The position numbers were made by a program, and so were the translations under genes. The notes beneath the pieces are model-generated. The model made no database searches. It saw nothing but the letters and a program-made list of their open reading frames with translations, and had not been told where the DNA came from. Positions 25,982 through 39,874 of a stretch of DNA of 64,000 nt are shown here, in pieces. The DNA comes from Sphagnum compactum (taxonomy: Eukaryota): the NCBI GenBank assembly GCA_965153455.1, contig OZ234493.1, positions 620,001 through 684,000 of the forward strand, in the 5' to 3' direction. How positions within the stretch are numbered: position 1 is the stretch's first letter; each line of letters opens with the position of its first letter.

Positions 25982-28329
25982 AACAGCAAGAGCTGGAAAT
26001 AGTCAAATGGGAAAACAAAGATTCCCTGAAAACAAGGGTTAACGTGGATGGAGGAGAGTCAAAAGCGAGTAGGGAATAACAGGGGTGGCCCATTGGCCAT
26101 TGTTTGACTTGTAATCTCATGTGCAACGCCTACATTATGAGTCCCTAGTTTTCGAGACTTGAGTTTTAGCAATTCAACTGGGACTTAGATGCTCTCGTTT
26201 TGTACCTCCACTTCCTGGCTCTCCCTATTGGCGCTTTCAATAATAAAGTTTTGCAGGTTTTTAGGGTTTATTGAAACATTTTGGAAATTTTGAAACCAGG
26301 GTTTTCATTTCAATTTTTTGATATAGCAACAGTCGTCATGGTCCATAGGAAGAATTAGCCAGATTTAGCCAAAAATTAAGGAAAATTTTAGCCAGATTTA
26401 GCCAGATTAAGAAAGTAGAAAATTTTAAGAGTCCTCCTATACCATAGCATCCTGTTGGAACCTATTGTATAAATATAGTGAGTTTAGAAAATTAATTCCT
26501 CCAAAGTCTCACAAACTTTGGTGCAGTTTTTTCACAAAAGCCCTTGGTATACGAGTCACACTGGATTTTATTTTTTTTGATGAAAAAAGTTGATGTTCAC
26601 ACTTTCACAACTTGCTAGTTTCCTTTGTTTGGTTCTTGTAGTAATGAAAATTCAAAGGTTTACATCTCATATTGGAACATTTTCTAAATTCATAACTTTC
26701 TCTTCTTTTTTTTCGGTCTGAAAAGTTTTGAATCATCTGACTTTGTTTGTTTGGGGAAGGTTGGAACTTGGAACTTCACATAGGTCCCATATTTTTGGAA
26801 TGCCCCCAGCCTAAAGACCTACATAGTCTGCCATTGTGCCTCTTCGGGAACTTGATGTTCTCCTTGTGGTTCACCCTCTTAGGTGGTTCATTTGTCTCTT
26901 TGGATGTAGTGGGTCCTTCCATTTTGTTCCTTGTTTTCCACTTTTTTGGGTGCTTTGGCTGATTTATGGTTGTCAGGGTTTCATCATCTTCAGGTCTCTC
27001 AAAATATCAAGAAAATGTAAACTTTTAAGGCTTTCTAAATTATGCCTTTTCTTGTTAGATTTGGTGGAAACTAATTTTAAAATAAGATGATGTGAATTCA
27101 AAGAGATTTTGTTATTGTATTAAAGTGTATGAAAAATTGTGATCCATTTAGATAAATGTTCTAAAAGTTTCAAATTGGTCCATGTTGCTTAATGTGAACC
27201 ATGGCTCACATTTCATAATAGGACAAAGGAATTTTGATGATTAAAAAACAATGAAGACAAAATTTAATTTAATTTTAAGATTATAGTTGTACTCTTGAAT
27301 CGTAATCTCAAGTTTATGGAACAATTATAATGAGGAAAAAGTAATGGACAAGAGACATATCAAAAACTATAGTCCAAATATTTGAAAACCCCATTTGTAC
27401 AACCTTAAAAACTTTAATTTAAGAATGAAAATGGTCTCATGGAGTAAAGTTAATTGATTTCAACACTAGCTTGTCAAAACTAACCATCCCACATGATAGT
27501 ATATCTATAGAAGGCATGTTATCAAGACTAATACCATAGTACCTTGGCCATTTCAACACATGTTCGTTGAATAATTAATTAATTTTGAAATTTTTATTTC
27601 ACCAAATGGAGTATTCCTAAATATTCACTATTATCCTTCACAATAGTTTTTGATTTGGAAGAAATAATTGGTGAAATTCTCAACATTTTTGAAAATAATA
27701 TAATAAGTGTGGAATTGGCCAAGGTACTAGGGTATTTCCTTTGTTGTTGAGGGTGTTTTGAAAAATGAAATCCCTACCCCATTTCAAAATGCCCCCTTTT
27801 TTCTCTTTTTTATCAATGATATCTGCAAGTTCCCAATTGGTATTACATAAACAAAAAGAAAATAAAATTATAAAGATTTTATGTACAATAAAAATATCAC
27901 CCACAAACTTACCAAATCAAGCTTACACTCTCCTCCCACTCCAATCCATTATTCCAATAAAGCATGTATGGCAAAGGGCCTTTACCTACCACACAATGTG
28001 CCTTCTAAATATACTAGGAAATCTTTCTAAGTGCTCTAAAGTTTGTTTAGGCAAAGACCAATATTGGCAATGAATCTTTGTTTGGTTTCTTTTTGGAACC
28101 ATTTATCCTTGAACTTGAATGTTGCAAGTTGCAATCAATGAAGGCAATCACATTTTCAACACAATGTTTTCATCATTTTTTTGCACAAAATTGGGTTTCT
28201 TTTTCCTTTAGTTTATTATGTTTCTAATTTCAATTGTATGGATGTTTACACATTTTTTCTGTCCAATTTCATTTTGTAATGTTAGTTGCTAGTGGAGTTA
28301 GGTTTTGCAATTAGGTTTTGTTGTTGTGT

Positions 28330-30157
28330 ATGTTTCTACAATGGTTGAAAACAACATTATTGTTGTTGAAAATGTTAATGGAGTTGATTACAAACTTGCT
28401 TGTGATCCAAACATGAACCCAACTATCAACATGTAATGTGAATCATGATTTGTTAGGAAATGATGAGCTACATCTTGTAGCTATAAAAGTTCAAGCTCAA
28501 AAGTGGAGAACGCCCAACAAGGAGTCAATTAGTTGGAGTTTTTTTTGTTGTCAATGGCAAACCTATCTATTATCTTGTGAACTAATAGATGTTGAAATGT
28601 ATCATCTACAAGTCTCAACAAATAGTTGGTAACATTTTAATCAAAGTTTTGTTTTTCACAAGGGGCTCTTCAAATATACTAAAGCAAATAGTGTTATTCT
28701 TATGAAAACTCATGTTGATTTTGCACATTCTCGTTTGGTTGCCAAAATAAAGTTATTACTAACCAAGAAATTTATGGTTAAGCATGTTGATTTAAATCAT
28801 AGCCAATAATAGAGGGAAAACAATGTTAGGCCATATGGGTCAACAATCATCACATTTTTTATTCAACAAATTTTTACAAACATGGTGATGAATCACAACA
28901 AAGGTTTTTTGAAGACCTTGTGCTTAATATTTGCAAAAGGTATAGGTTTATTTCCAGATGTGAAAACATCTAACTACGCAACCTGATTAGTCTTGCACTA
29001 ATGTCCTTGCTTTGTATTTCTATCTTGTTCACTTATAAAAAAAGTGTTACCTAAAATGGTCTAGAAGACCATGGACTTGCATGTGTTGCTTAACCTTGAA
29101 ACTGCAACCATAGTTTCTACTAATTGTAATTTCTAAATATCCAAAGTTGGCATAAACATATTTGTGTTGGTCAATAATTATTTGGATGAAGGTTGGACCT
29201 CTAGGCATGTTATTGCAAAATTGTTTGAAATGCATTATTAAAGGGGTAGGATGAGTATGTGATTTTGGATGAACAAGGCAATTAGGATAGGGACTGATCA
29301 AGGAACTTTATTAGTTTGAATTTTGAGTATTTGTTATTTAGATCATGATGATGTGACTTGGGATAGTTCAAAAAAGGAGAGTTCTAGAGAACAAGGGGGA
29401 GAGAGGAGAAGATGAGACATAAAGTTTTAGAGAAGAGTAGGAGGAGCTGGAGGTACTTGCAATAGAAAACCACAAATTTTGTTTTGATATAACATAGATT
29501 TTAAATGTTGTTTTGGATTTTTTTCAACAATACATGAGATTATATTGTAATTTGGATTCAAGTTTACAATAATACAAAGAAGCATAGACTTCTACAGTGA
29601 ATTCTATGTTCATCTTTTATGTGATTTTTCTGTAATGTCAGAATAATGATGAAATGAATTGTAATCTTGTTTCTATAGGTTTTTTACAATGTATTCTGAA
29701 GTGTAGATTTTGGTTATATGTAATAACCATGAATTTGATGTTGGAATGAATGGTAATGTTAAATTTGTTGAAACTTAAGACAGAAATAGTGAACATATGC
29801 ATGTGAAATGCAAATCTATTGTTACAATAATATGAAATATTTTGCAGGAATTTAAATTTCATTCCTACCATGCATGAAACAATTATTAACTGCACCACAA
29901 TTTTGTAACTCCAAACATTGTTAAAAAAATTTGGACTAATCTTATCAACGATTACTTTTGTGAAAATGAGGGTAGCAACTTGGGATCTATGGCTGTAGAA
30001 TTGTGATCTATTATTCATTATGAGTTAATTTTGAATTTCTTGTGAATTTATGACGATACTTGTTTTGGGCATGTGATGTTAAAAGCATGTCAATATGCAA
30101 CAAGTGATTATAAGATTTTTAATGGGTTTAACTTTGGTGAGAGTGAAAGAAGTTCAA
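28330..30157 (+). mobile_element. Decayed hAT transposase 5' half with BED-finger-like region, interrupted and truncated by an LTR
   Basis: NKESISWSFF...MLKCII...KGLFKY...MKTHVD; 30060-30157 (CFGHVMLKACQYA) resembles 22420-22510. Confidence 0.65.
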
Positions 30158-31015
30158 TGTCGCAACCCTAGCCTTGGGCTCGCAACCAAGGCAAGGGCTT
30201 GCAAAGGTGCGGGCCAAGAATGAAGCCCGAAAGTCACATTTCATGCTCCGGGAATGTAGGAGAGTGCGAAGGAATCAACCTTCACACTCCCAAATGAATT
30301 CCCACTTTGGGAGTTAGAGTCTCGATGGACTCCCGAATCTTTAAAGAGCGATTGCAAAGGGTCAAAACTCATTGGATTGAAGAGTTCCTTATATCGTGGA
30401 ATGTAGATGTCTAAAATGGGCTCACATGACTCATTTGGGTACTTATAACATAAGTTATGATCAAAAGAAGGGAATCGCCCTGATTTACTTATGTTTAGGT
30501 GAAGTGCAACATATCGTTGAAAAACTCTCAATGAGGGCTACAACTTTGCTTTAGACCTCACTTCAATCGGAGGTCTTCACAAAAAGTTATGGGCCTCCAA
30601 AGTCAGGGGAGTCCCAATTTCGGGAATTTCGGGACCCCCAATTTCGAAGTCTCGAAACAAAATGACATTTGGGTGCTAGCCCCATGGCCAGGTGCAAAGA
30701 ATATTATAAGGGGGAAGGTGGTGGCTTCCACCAAGTCCAGGCCGTGGTGAGTATTGTGAGTCCGTGTTTGCCCATAGCTCGTCCGTGCACCAAAAGTGCT
30801 CCAACTATGCACTAATCAACTTGTTGTTTGGTTTGTGCAAGTCCGTGTGAATAATTGACCCGCTTGTCACTCGTCTTAGTCCCCATCCGAAGCTCCAACA
30901 CGCCCTCTACCCTCGAAGTGCTGCGAGCCAGGGAACATGCCCAAACTCCTTATCCTTCTGTTGTTTTCACTTTGGACTCACAATTTAGTCTATCAAAGAG
31001 CTTGCGGGTGCGTCA
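30158..31015 (+). mobile_element. Solo LTR, 858 bp, no TSD
   Basis: TGTCGCAACCC...GGTGCGTCA termini; internal TATA (tattataagggggaagg); related to 4574-5376; flanks TTCAA/CCCAC differ. Confidence 0.75.
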
Positions 31016-34000
31016 CCCACATAAAAACAATTGTGTACAAAAGTATCCAAATTTGATATGTAGACCAAATGGAAATGTGGGTAACACATTACTTGTGCCA
31101 ACATCATGCACTCCTCTTCAACAAAAAATTGTTGGATTTTTTTTAAAGAATTACAAAGTCCAATTGTCGAAGGTTGGAAAGTCGCTTCATCACTAACAAC
31201 TTTAATATGGTGATACCTCATATTCAATGGGATATTGAAAGACACTGTAGGTGTTTTACCTAATCCCACCACATGTTGTCTTTGTTTATAAGCTTTCCAA
31301 TTTTTCATAGTAGAAATTGGATGTTGCAAAAAAACTCAATTCAAATACAGGCAAAATAAATGCTGCAAAACACAAACCAATTAAAAGAAAAAAATAGCAT
31401 CATTGCATTTTTAAAATTAGCAAAAAACAAAGGTTTAAGTTTAAATGGATTTAAGGTTGAGGATGATACCCAAAAAAACCTAAACCTTATAAAACCATAT
31501 TTGCAAAAGAAAATTCAAAAAACAAAAGAAAGAAGTACCTAGTTAAGGTTTGAAGTTCAAGATGATGAAAGAAAACCTAAAACAATAAAACACCTTTGCA
31601 AAAAAACAACTAAAAAAAATTAAATGAAAAAAAAAAAACCTAATTGGAAGATGTAAGCTACCATTTTTTTTGGAGCATGCAAAATTAAAAGGATAGCATG
31701 TCCACAAGCTCTTTAATGGAACCTTCATCTATAGAAATATTAACATGATATCCATACAAATCTCTCCATTCGTTGAAAAAAATCTTCATCAAAAGTTTAA
31801 TATATTTCCTCACTTTTCAACCTCTTTTATTCACATTGTCCATCTATTCTTATCAATTTCAAGGAAGCAAAATTTTGAATTAAATTCCTAATGGGAGATT
31901 CACAATTAATCCTTTCAACAACATCAAATATAAAAGGAATAATTGTAAAAACAATAATACATTCAACAACATTAGATCGAAAAGCAATAAGTTCAAAAGT
32001 AACATCACAATTGACATGACAAATAGAATATTGACATGACAATTGACATATTATTTTTACATCTATGTACATTCTTTTCTTAATTTTTTACACATTGGTT
32101 GCTTCACAAGTTGCTCTACATCATAATGTTTCTTTGAGGCATCTTTAGTTTTGTTCTTATTTTTGGTGCCTCCAAGTTTTATGATTTTTGCATGTTGTCT
32201 ACTTATCTCTCTTTCTACGTGTTTCTCATTCACTTACTTTTCCTGCAACAAGGCTATTTGTCCATTGTCATTGCTTGTAACTATTTTCTTCCATTGCTAT
32301 TGTTCTTCCATTGTTGCTAATATTTTTTATGATTTTTTTTTTGCATCTTTTTTTCATTATTCATTTTTCTTTTGTTTTTTATAATGTTTGTTTGCTTTTA
32401 CATTGTGTGTTTTCTTTTGTGTTATTTTTCTTTTGTATGTTGACAATTTTTCCTCTTGTTGCACTTCTTCAAAGCTTTTTATTCTACATATTTTATTTGT
32501 TTTTCTTACAGTTAATAAGTTTAAATTTTTCTTCTTTCTTCTTCCCATGTTTCTTAGTGTGTTTCTACATCATGATTATTCCTCATTGTTGCATCATGGA
32601 TTTTTTTCATCATTGTCACTCTTACTTGCTATGTTTTTAAACATTGAAGCTATTCTTACATCATGGCTCTTCTACACCATGATTATTTCTACTTACAATT
32701 TCTCTCCCACATCACAACTATTCATGCTTATAGTTGTTCTCTTCCATTGTTGCTACTCATACTTATACTTGCTATTTTTTTACATCATTTATTTTTCTTT
32801 TTTGATGTTGTTGAATTTGTTTACATTTTGTATTTATTTGTTTTTTAAAACGTGTGTGGGGGGTTTTTTTGTTCTATTTTTGTCTTGCAAGAGTTTTTTT
32901 TGTTTTTTGTTTTATTGTGTAAGCGTTCATGTGGTTTCCATTGGGTGTAGTCATATTAACATGTACCACTAGCAATTGTAACAATTACTTATTTTTTTGA
33001 ATTTTAGATTGCAAAAATAAAATAAAATAAAATATTTTTTCTAAAATTTTATTTTGAATAAATTATGTACATATCATCAAATTTTGGAATCAATTTAATG
33101 AGTAAAAATACCCAATTTACACAACTTTTAAAGCCTTGTAACCATTGCTTAAAAACCATTTTGACACTATGCATAATTTGAAAATATTTTTTATGAAGTA
33201 TTTTGAGATATTATTTAATATTTAAAGTCTCGTTATAATAGTATCAAGAAAAATTAAAATATTTTAATTTTTTTGAAATATGTATTTAAAATTACTAAGA
33301 ATATTCGGTAAAAAAACAATGAAAAAACAGTCGTCTAAAGGGGCGGGTGTGGTTCCTTATAATGTGGTTAGACCCTATTCTAAACTATCATCTTACATCT
33401 TCAAACATTATAAAGTTCTTCCTATAAGTTGTGATTTCATTTTATTTTTTGTTTGTGTCTTTTTTTTTTTCATAATGTTTTTTTTTGCTTCATCACCCAT
33501 TGTGAAAAATTTGTAGTGAAGGTTCTATAGATATTGTTCTTGAAATATCAAAAAACATTTTGTCCACATCAAATATTCTTCCTAGTTAACTTTGTGGTTC
33601 CTCTTCTACTACATTGTGTACACCATCACACATCACTAATAATGTGTTTGATGATTTGTTGTGGTTCACTAATGGGTTTGACATATTTGTGCAATGTGTG
33701 GACAATATGAATCTCCTCTTAAGTCTTAGCACTGTTGTTGAGTCTTCTTTTTTTCTTTTTCAATTGCATACTAAAGCAAATTCTAATTCGATTGGGCATT
33801 TTTTCAACCCTTATATCTCTTTGATTCTTGAAGATTTGAATATTGTTCATAATTGTATTTTCAATTCTATTGCTATTGCGAATAGAGGAGGAGCGTGGCA
33901 AGAAAAAACAATGTTCATAGAGCTAAGCAAGTGAAAGGCATAGGAAAATGCATAAACCATAAAACATGAAGGAGCAAAAAGCAAGGCGGACACATAATAA

Positions 34001-34971
34001 TTTGTGACACGCATTTTAGGTTAGAAAAAACAAGAAAACAAAAAAAGAAACCAAAAAAATACAATGATACTTTACGTTGGAGAAGTGTCTACTTAGAGAC
34101 CCTTCTTTATACATAAAAACCTTCTTAGATTTTGCAAAACAAAATCCTATGATACTAGGGGGTACCCACTAAGTATCGTGGGAATATATATATCTAAAGG
34201 AGGGGAAGAATTAAAATGAACATTTGCATGCCAAGATGCCATTCTATCACATGGTAGTGGGTTGTATTAAACACATTTCAAACATACATACTACAAATAC
34301 AATGAGAAAAATTAGGTCAATGCTTAATGCTTCTTCAACTCAAGAAGTAACTCATGTGCAATTCCCAACAATTGCAACTAAAACAACACAAATACAAATT
34401 TTGCAACAACAATCACAAACTACATAGCAACTTGTTACACTCAAAATCATGTGCAAAACACACAAACCAAATTGTGCTTATAAAAATTGAATCTAGTTAC
34501 AACCCAACAAAAAAATTAGACCAAACTTTTGATGATATAAAATATGACTCACTTATAAACAAAAATTTTAAAAATCCAAGCCCAAAATATAACATGAAAA
34601 ATCACAACACAAAAAACCATGAACCAAAAAAAAACTTGCATAACAAATTAAAATTACGAAAAATTTAAATTTTAAAAAAAATTTATGCTCTAAAATTCCA
34701 AATTGCCTAAATCACCAAATTTGATTTGGGAACTTGCGACATGAAATTTTACCTCAAACACTAAATAGTTCGAACCTTGTTCACATAAAAACTGGTCCCA
34801 AACTAAAACACAATTAAATACACTATCCCAACTGGAATTGGCGAAACCGTGAAGCGGGTCTAGCCACCGGAATCTGTTTCGGAGTGAAGCCCGCACCTGA
34901 CGGCTGGGCGAAACTCGGATCCGGCTAAACCGGAATTTGAACCCGCAACGGGCCCGGCCCGGTTGTCCAGC

Positions 34972-34992
34972 TCCAACGGCTCTCCAACGGCA
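34972..34992 (+). promoter_or_regulatory. Two tandem MSA (MYB3R-binding, G2/M) elements
   Basis: TCCAACGGCT and TCCAACGGCA fit YCYAACGG; in a GC-rich promoter upstream of shugoshin; further AACGG at ~34947. Confidence 0.7.
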
Positions 34993-35716
34993 CACGGGCT
35001 CACGGGCGCCTGCTTTTGTCGTTGCGTATGTTGTGGAAGCGCGCGCGATGGGGAATGCGCAAGGAATTGTGCGTTTTGTGTGCGGAAAGCAAAGCGACGA
35101 CTATTGTGATCAGATTTGCATGCGGTGTGAGAGTTGTACTGCTTCTTGAATGATGCATTTTGGTGAAGTGTAGAGAAAGTTTGAGAAGAAATTTTGTCAT
35201 AGTGTTCTTCCTCTCGCTCCTCTGCCGCCCTCTTATCTTTTGGAAGGCTTCTTCCTTTCAGGGTTTCATGCTGCGTTTTGCTTCAGACGTTTTTCTCGGT
35301 TCTATCTCTCTCTTTTCTTTTCTGGTTGTTATGTGAAGTCACAGTGATCATTCTTTCTGATCTAATTGTGCTTTGCTAGAAGCGGAATTGTTCTTATGGT
35401 CGCATTTCACGCTCTGCTTATCGTGTCAACATGTTCTGGATGATTATGTAGCGGAAGAAATTCTGGTCTGTACAACTGACTCTGTTGAAAACTCAGTATC
35501 TATTCGAAGTAGAGAATGGAATGGTTGAGAGGTGATGCAGTTAGGTAGGTGATAGCGAGATTTAGATTTTTCTTCCTGTTTTCAACACTCGAATGCGTGT
35601 CGAGGATGTCGTGATGGTAGAAAATGTTAGTAGATTGAGAGAGGAGCACTGAGTCTGTTCCAAAAACTAGTTTGAAGAGAGGGTTGAAGGAACAGAAGGG
35701 GGGGAGCGGGGAGACT

Positions 35717-38301
35717 ATGGCGGGGGAAAGGTCAAGCAGGAGGATGTCCGACGCGGTGTCTTCCCAGAGAAGGAGGCGGGGCCTCTCGAACATCACAAAT
35801 CTTCCTGCAATCAACCATTGGTCCAATGAAAACGAGGTTGTCAAAAGCTGGAATAATAACAGTCGGGAGTTGGAGCTTGAGGAGGTAATTGCTCCAATAC
35901 TGTTCTCGGTGTCTTACCCTTCCCCTAGAGCGCAAGAGAATTGCTCTGTGCCAATAGAATTGTTTTGCTAAGTCAGTTAGATCTGTCTGTTCTGCAGGAG
36001 AACAGAAGGCTCCAACAAGTGATTCTTGAGAAAGAGTATCCCACACAGTCTATCTTTGCCAATCGTGTCAATAATATGTGAGAACGTTCTAGCACCACAT
36101 CCAAATGTCTGTCCTTCTTTCTTTTTCATTTTTTTTCTAGTTTCTCCTCAGTTTGGCTGAACAAGAACCATGTGCATCTCTGCTGCTTGGCCTTAACCCT
36201 AAATCGTAAAGCGGACAAATTGAGTCCCAAAAACTTTACATCCAACAAATGCAGCGAGATTACCTCACAAATCTTTTCAGACGGACACAACAAAATGAAG
36301 ACATCATCTGCTACAACTCTCGACTCTCCAAGGTACTGGCCATTTCTTCTATCATTCTTTGTCTACCATTCTGCTAGCAAAGAAAGAATTACCTCTTCAC
36401 TTCAATTTCTGCTGCAGTGAGAAAAATCTTTTCTTATACAAAAAACTGTACTGTGGTGGTCATGATGGCAGGAGTTGCTTTCTGTGCGTGAACAAGTGAG
36501 TAAGCTGTTACTTGCTTTGTGGATTTAGATCATTCACTTATGCCAGCCTAATGCAATCTATGTGCATACATTTGTTTTGTTCCTTGTTTGTGTATGGGTT
36601 TTGCACCTCACACCCTATCTGATGATATTGTCTTATCAGCTAATGGTTTGATTGCTTCCACAGCTAAAGTTTCTGCAACATGCACATACCCAAATGGCAG
36701 TTGTGTATAAAATCAATGAGAATGAATTTCAGGTATGAATCATCAAATCCTGCACTACAATTACCAAGTACAATCTTTTGGAGGAGTGTACTCCAAGCAC
36801 CAAATGAAGTAACAAGTTTAAGTCATCCACAAGCTTTATATCAGATGTATGATGCTGTTCAGCAGAATCAGAGTGAGCAGTTTGTCCTGTTTAGAAAGTC
36901 GCTGGGTAACTTCTTTTGCAGATAAAGCTGGCAGCGATGTCACAGCAATTGAAGAAAGCTCTTCAAGAGAAGGAATGTGAAGAAGCCCTTCAAGTCCAAG
37001 TACCCCGGCGCACCCGTACCAGTCTAAGAAGACTTTCAGTGATTGGAGGTAGAGATCTAGTCAATTTGACTCTCTGAAACAAATCAATTCTGTAATATGT
37101 TGCTCAAGCACTCACCTTTTCTAGATCCAATTCCATGCTCTGTTCTTTTGGTTGTATGTTTGACTGAACCAGCTTCTATCCTACGGCAAATTAGAAGCAG
37201 CAGGCTCAAGGTTGCCATTTACCAAGGCCATTTGAAGGTTCCCTTTGCTTACGTTGATAAGGGAAAGTCATCATGATGTGCAGGTCCCGATGCAGATATG
37301 GGTAAACCTTCAGCTAAGGCCAGTCCTGCAGCAAATGACACCGACTCCAAAACTATCACCACGAGGTTCTTTCACACTCTTCACCTCAGTTGAAGTATTC
37401 AACAACCAACACCAAATAGAACTGCCCATGGACATCGCTGCTCCGTGACTGTGACATGATTCTTGGGATAGGGTGACGGAACAATCAAGTGGGTTCTATT
37501 TCCTGAATCTTCTGCAGCCTGATTTGTTGCAGGTCCAGCTCACGGCAGCGATCTGGGTCAACGTCTTACGGAGAGAGTTCCCTCAAGGCCAAGATCAAGG
37601 AACAGAACTCTGCCTCTCTTGCTTCCTCTGGGTTATACACGGGACCTCAAAAACGCTACAACAACCGTTATGGACATATCTCTGGCCTGGAGACCATGCA
37701 AGAGCTTTGTGAAGATCTTGAGACAAGTCAAGCACATACTGTCTTAACCGAAGCATCTACTGTTACGGTCCGGCGCTCACGAAGGAGAAGCTCAATAGAG
37801 CCTTTTGCTAATGAGTCTAATGAGTCTAATCAGTCCAGTTGCAGCGGCAGGCCTACAGGTGATGTTGCCTCCACAAGCGAGAGCTGCCCAAGGTCTGCAG
37901 AACACACTAGGTCCTGTGAGAAATCCCCTGGCCCCAGATCCTGCACTCCCCAGAGACCAAGCACTCCTCAGAGACCCAGCACTCCTCAGAAGAGACTTAT
38001 CTCGCAACCTGCCACCAGTCCTCGGAAGAAGGCGGAGCCTCAAACCAAAAGTCCTGCGAGAACTAAGGCTACTACATCTTCTTCGCAGGCTAGCACACCT
38101 CGGAGTTCATCCCCTGTTGTTTTATCAAGCTCTCTAAAAAGGCCACCTCGAGCAGCATCCCCATCCTTGCAGCAGCAGCATGATGTAATGGATCAGTCAA
38201 GAAGGTCATTGGCCGGTACTCGACCAATACGGCGAGCTGCTGAGGTGGTGGTGTCTTACAAGGAGCCATCCTTGATCACTAAAATGCGCCGACCTGCCTG
38301 A
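35717..38301 (+). CDS. SGO: Shugoshin, ~465 aa; exons 35717-35884, 35998-36035, 36212-36332, 36472-36495, 36664-36732, 36922-37048, 37284-37365, 37533-38301
   Basis: N-terminal RRGLSNITN, coiled coil ENRRLQQVILEKD...QQNEDIICYNSRLSKELLSVREQLKFLQH, C-terminal SGO motif RPIRRAAEVVVSYKEPSLITKMRR. All junction phases consistent (1398 nt). Confidence 0.9.
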
Positions 38302-39874
38302 CGCAAAACAATGGGCTCTTTTCTTCGATGGTATCATCTCGAAACCACAGAAAGAAAGAGGATTCAATGTCAGGGCAATTTTAGGGTTTCCAGCAGCTCA
38401 ACGCTCTTCTAAACGCTTTTGTAAGACTCTCACCCAGTGATCGATCGATTGATTGATGAAATATTGGAAGAGGGAATTTCAGTTCTAACTTTCATGTCTC
38501 TTAGACGGTGGTATTTCCCAACTGCTCAAAGTAACCTTCATACACATGCCATCATCTGGTTCAACTAATGGAGAGCGTCAGGGAGAGCTGTTCATCTTCT
38601 TACACATGCAAATTTCAAGAATTGTAGGTATGTGTTCGGTGAGGCAAATAATACAGGGATATGGAAAAGCTCAAAAACCTGTAATCCTTTTGTAGACAGC
38701 AGCAACATGCCAATCAAGAGTATGCTTCTCTGAAATGGAAAGTTGCAAAATTGAGCAGTGGAAGTAGGATTCTCTTGAATGGAAAGTTGCTTGAGTGCCA
38801 AGTGGAGCCTTTGGCATTAACTAATTTTCGTGTGTTTTAAACCTAGAGAACATCACTAAATCAGTTCAATTATTACTTGAACTGGGTACACAAAAGAGTA
38901 TGTGACTGATATTAACAAAAAATTTGTTATCATATCAAAACTTTTCATATCAAAGATAAAATGAAAATTTAGATATGTACACACTGAAGCTTATCATCTG
39001 TTCTTTACAGCACTCAGCTTCTGTCTAGGTGGCCCCTAATTTTCTTCACATAACTACAATAACCCACCCAGCAAGGGGCATCTTGCTGATTTTTCAACCT
39101 TGGGACATAGTGCCCGCAGTTGTGACGCCAATCTTAAAAGATCCAAGCAGCAGAAGGTAGACTCGAGTAGCCACAAAAGTTGAATACAGGTTTATGCCAA
39201 GCAATGATGGCTTCATAATAAAACAGTGGTTTCCAGCAGACAGCAAATTAATTCCATGCAACTATTGATTGAATTGAGCAACTATGATTGAATTGAGTTG
39301 CTTTGCTGCTTCAGCAGAAAAAAACGGTATCCAACTTGCATGCATTAGCAGCCATCAGCTGGATGAATAGAAGGTCTAGAGCAAAAGACCATATACATCA
39401 GGTTGCCTCCTGCTTGGAAAACAATGGAAATGACAACATTTGCTTCTAGTGCCACAGTTGGGCATCAGGTGCTTTTAGATCGAAAACCTTAAGTACCAGC
39501 TGCCACTAGTTTGACATTTTGGTCCAGAGAAAGTTCAATCTTGCATTCAAAAAAATAGGACCTTTCTTCATAATGAAGCTTGCTGGCACTGTACAGACCT
39601 TTAATGGCAGGTACTTACTGTGACTGCACTCAGAACACTGATGCTAGAGTCTTTCCCCTGTTTGCACACTAGAGATTCACACGCTGGTCAGAAGTTTCTC
39701 CCATAAAAAGGTCATAGATCCACATCAAATGGGTGCAAGAAGGGTTCTGTAGAGCAGTAATCCTTCTATGATGACAGTATAGCGCCTGGATACTGTTGTC
39801 AGATATAGCGCTCTAGTCAGATTCTACTCTCTTCTTGCACTGAGATGTTTGAGCAGCTCAAATCGAATTAGCAA

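Larger units (their letters stand above)
23965..27530. repeat. Direct segmental duplication of ~13545-16150 (gene, UTRs, promoter), with extra segments in this copy
   Basis: Shared blocks from aaaccaaacac..accccaaattc through atgatagtatatcta..ggcatgttatcaaga. Confidence 0.9.

Noticed and set aside
32151..32972. Hydrophobic F/L-rich ORFs up to 194 aa (similar at 20331-20703 and 10371-10889)
   Set aside because: Arise from T-rich low-complexity strands of degenerate repeats; no family motifs
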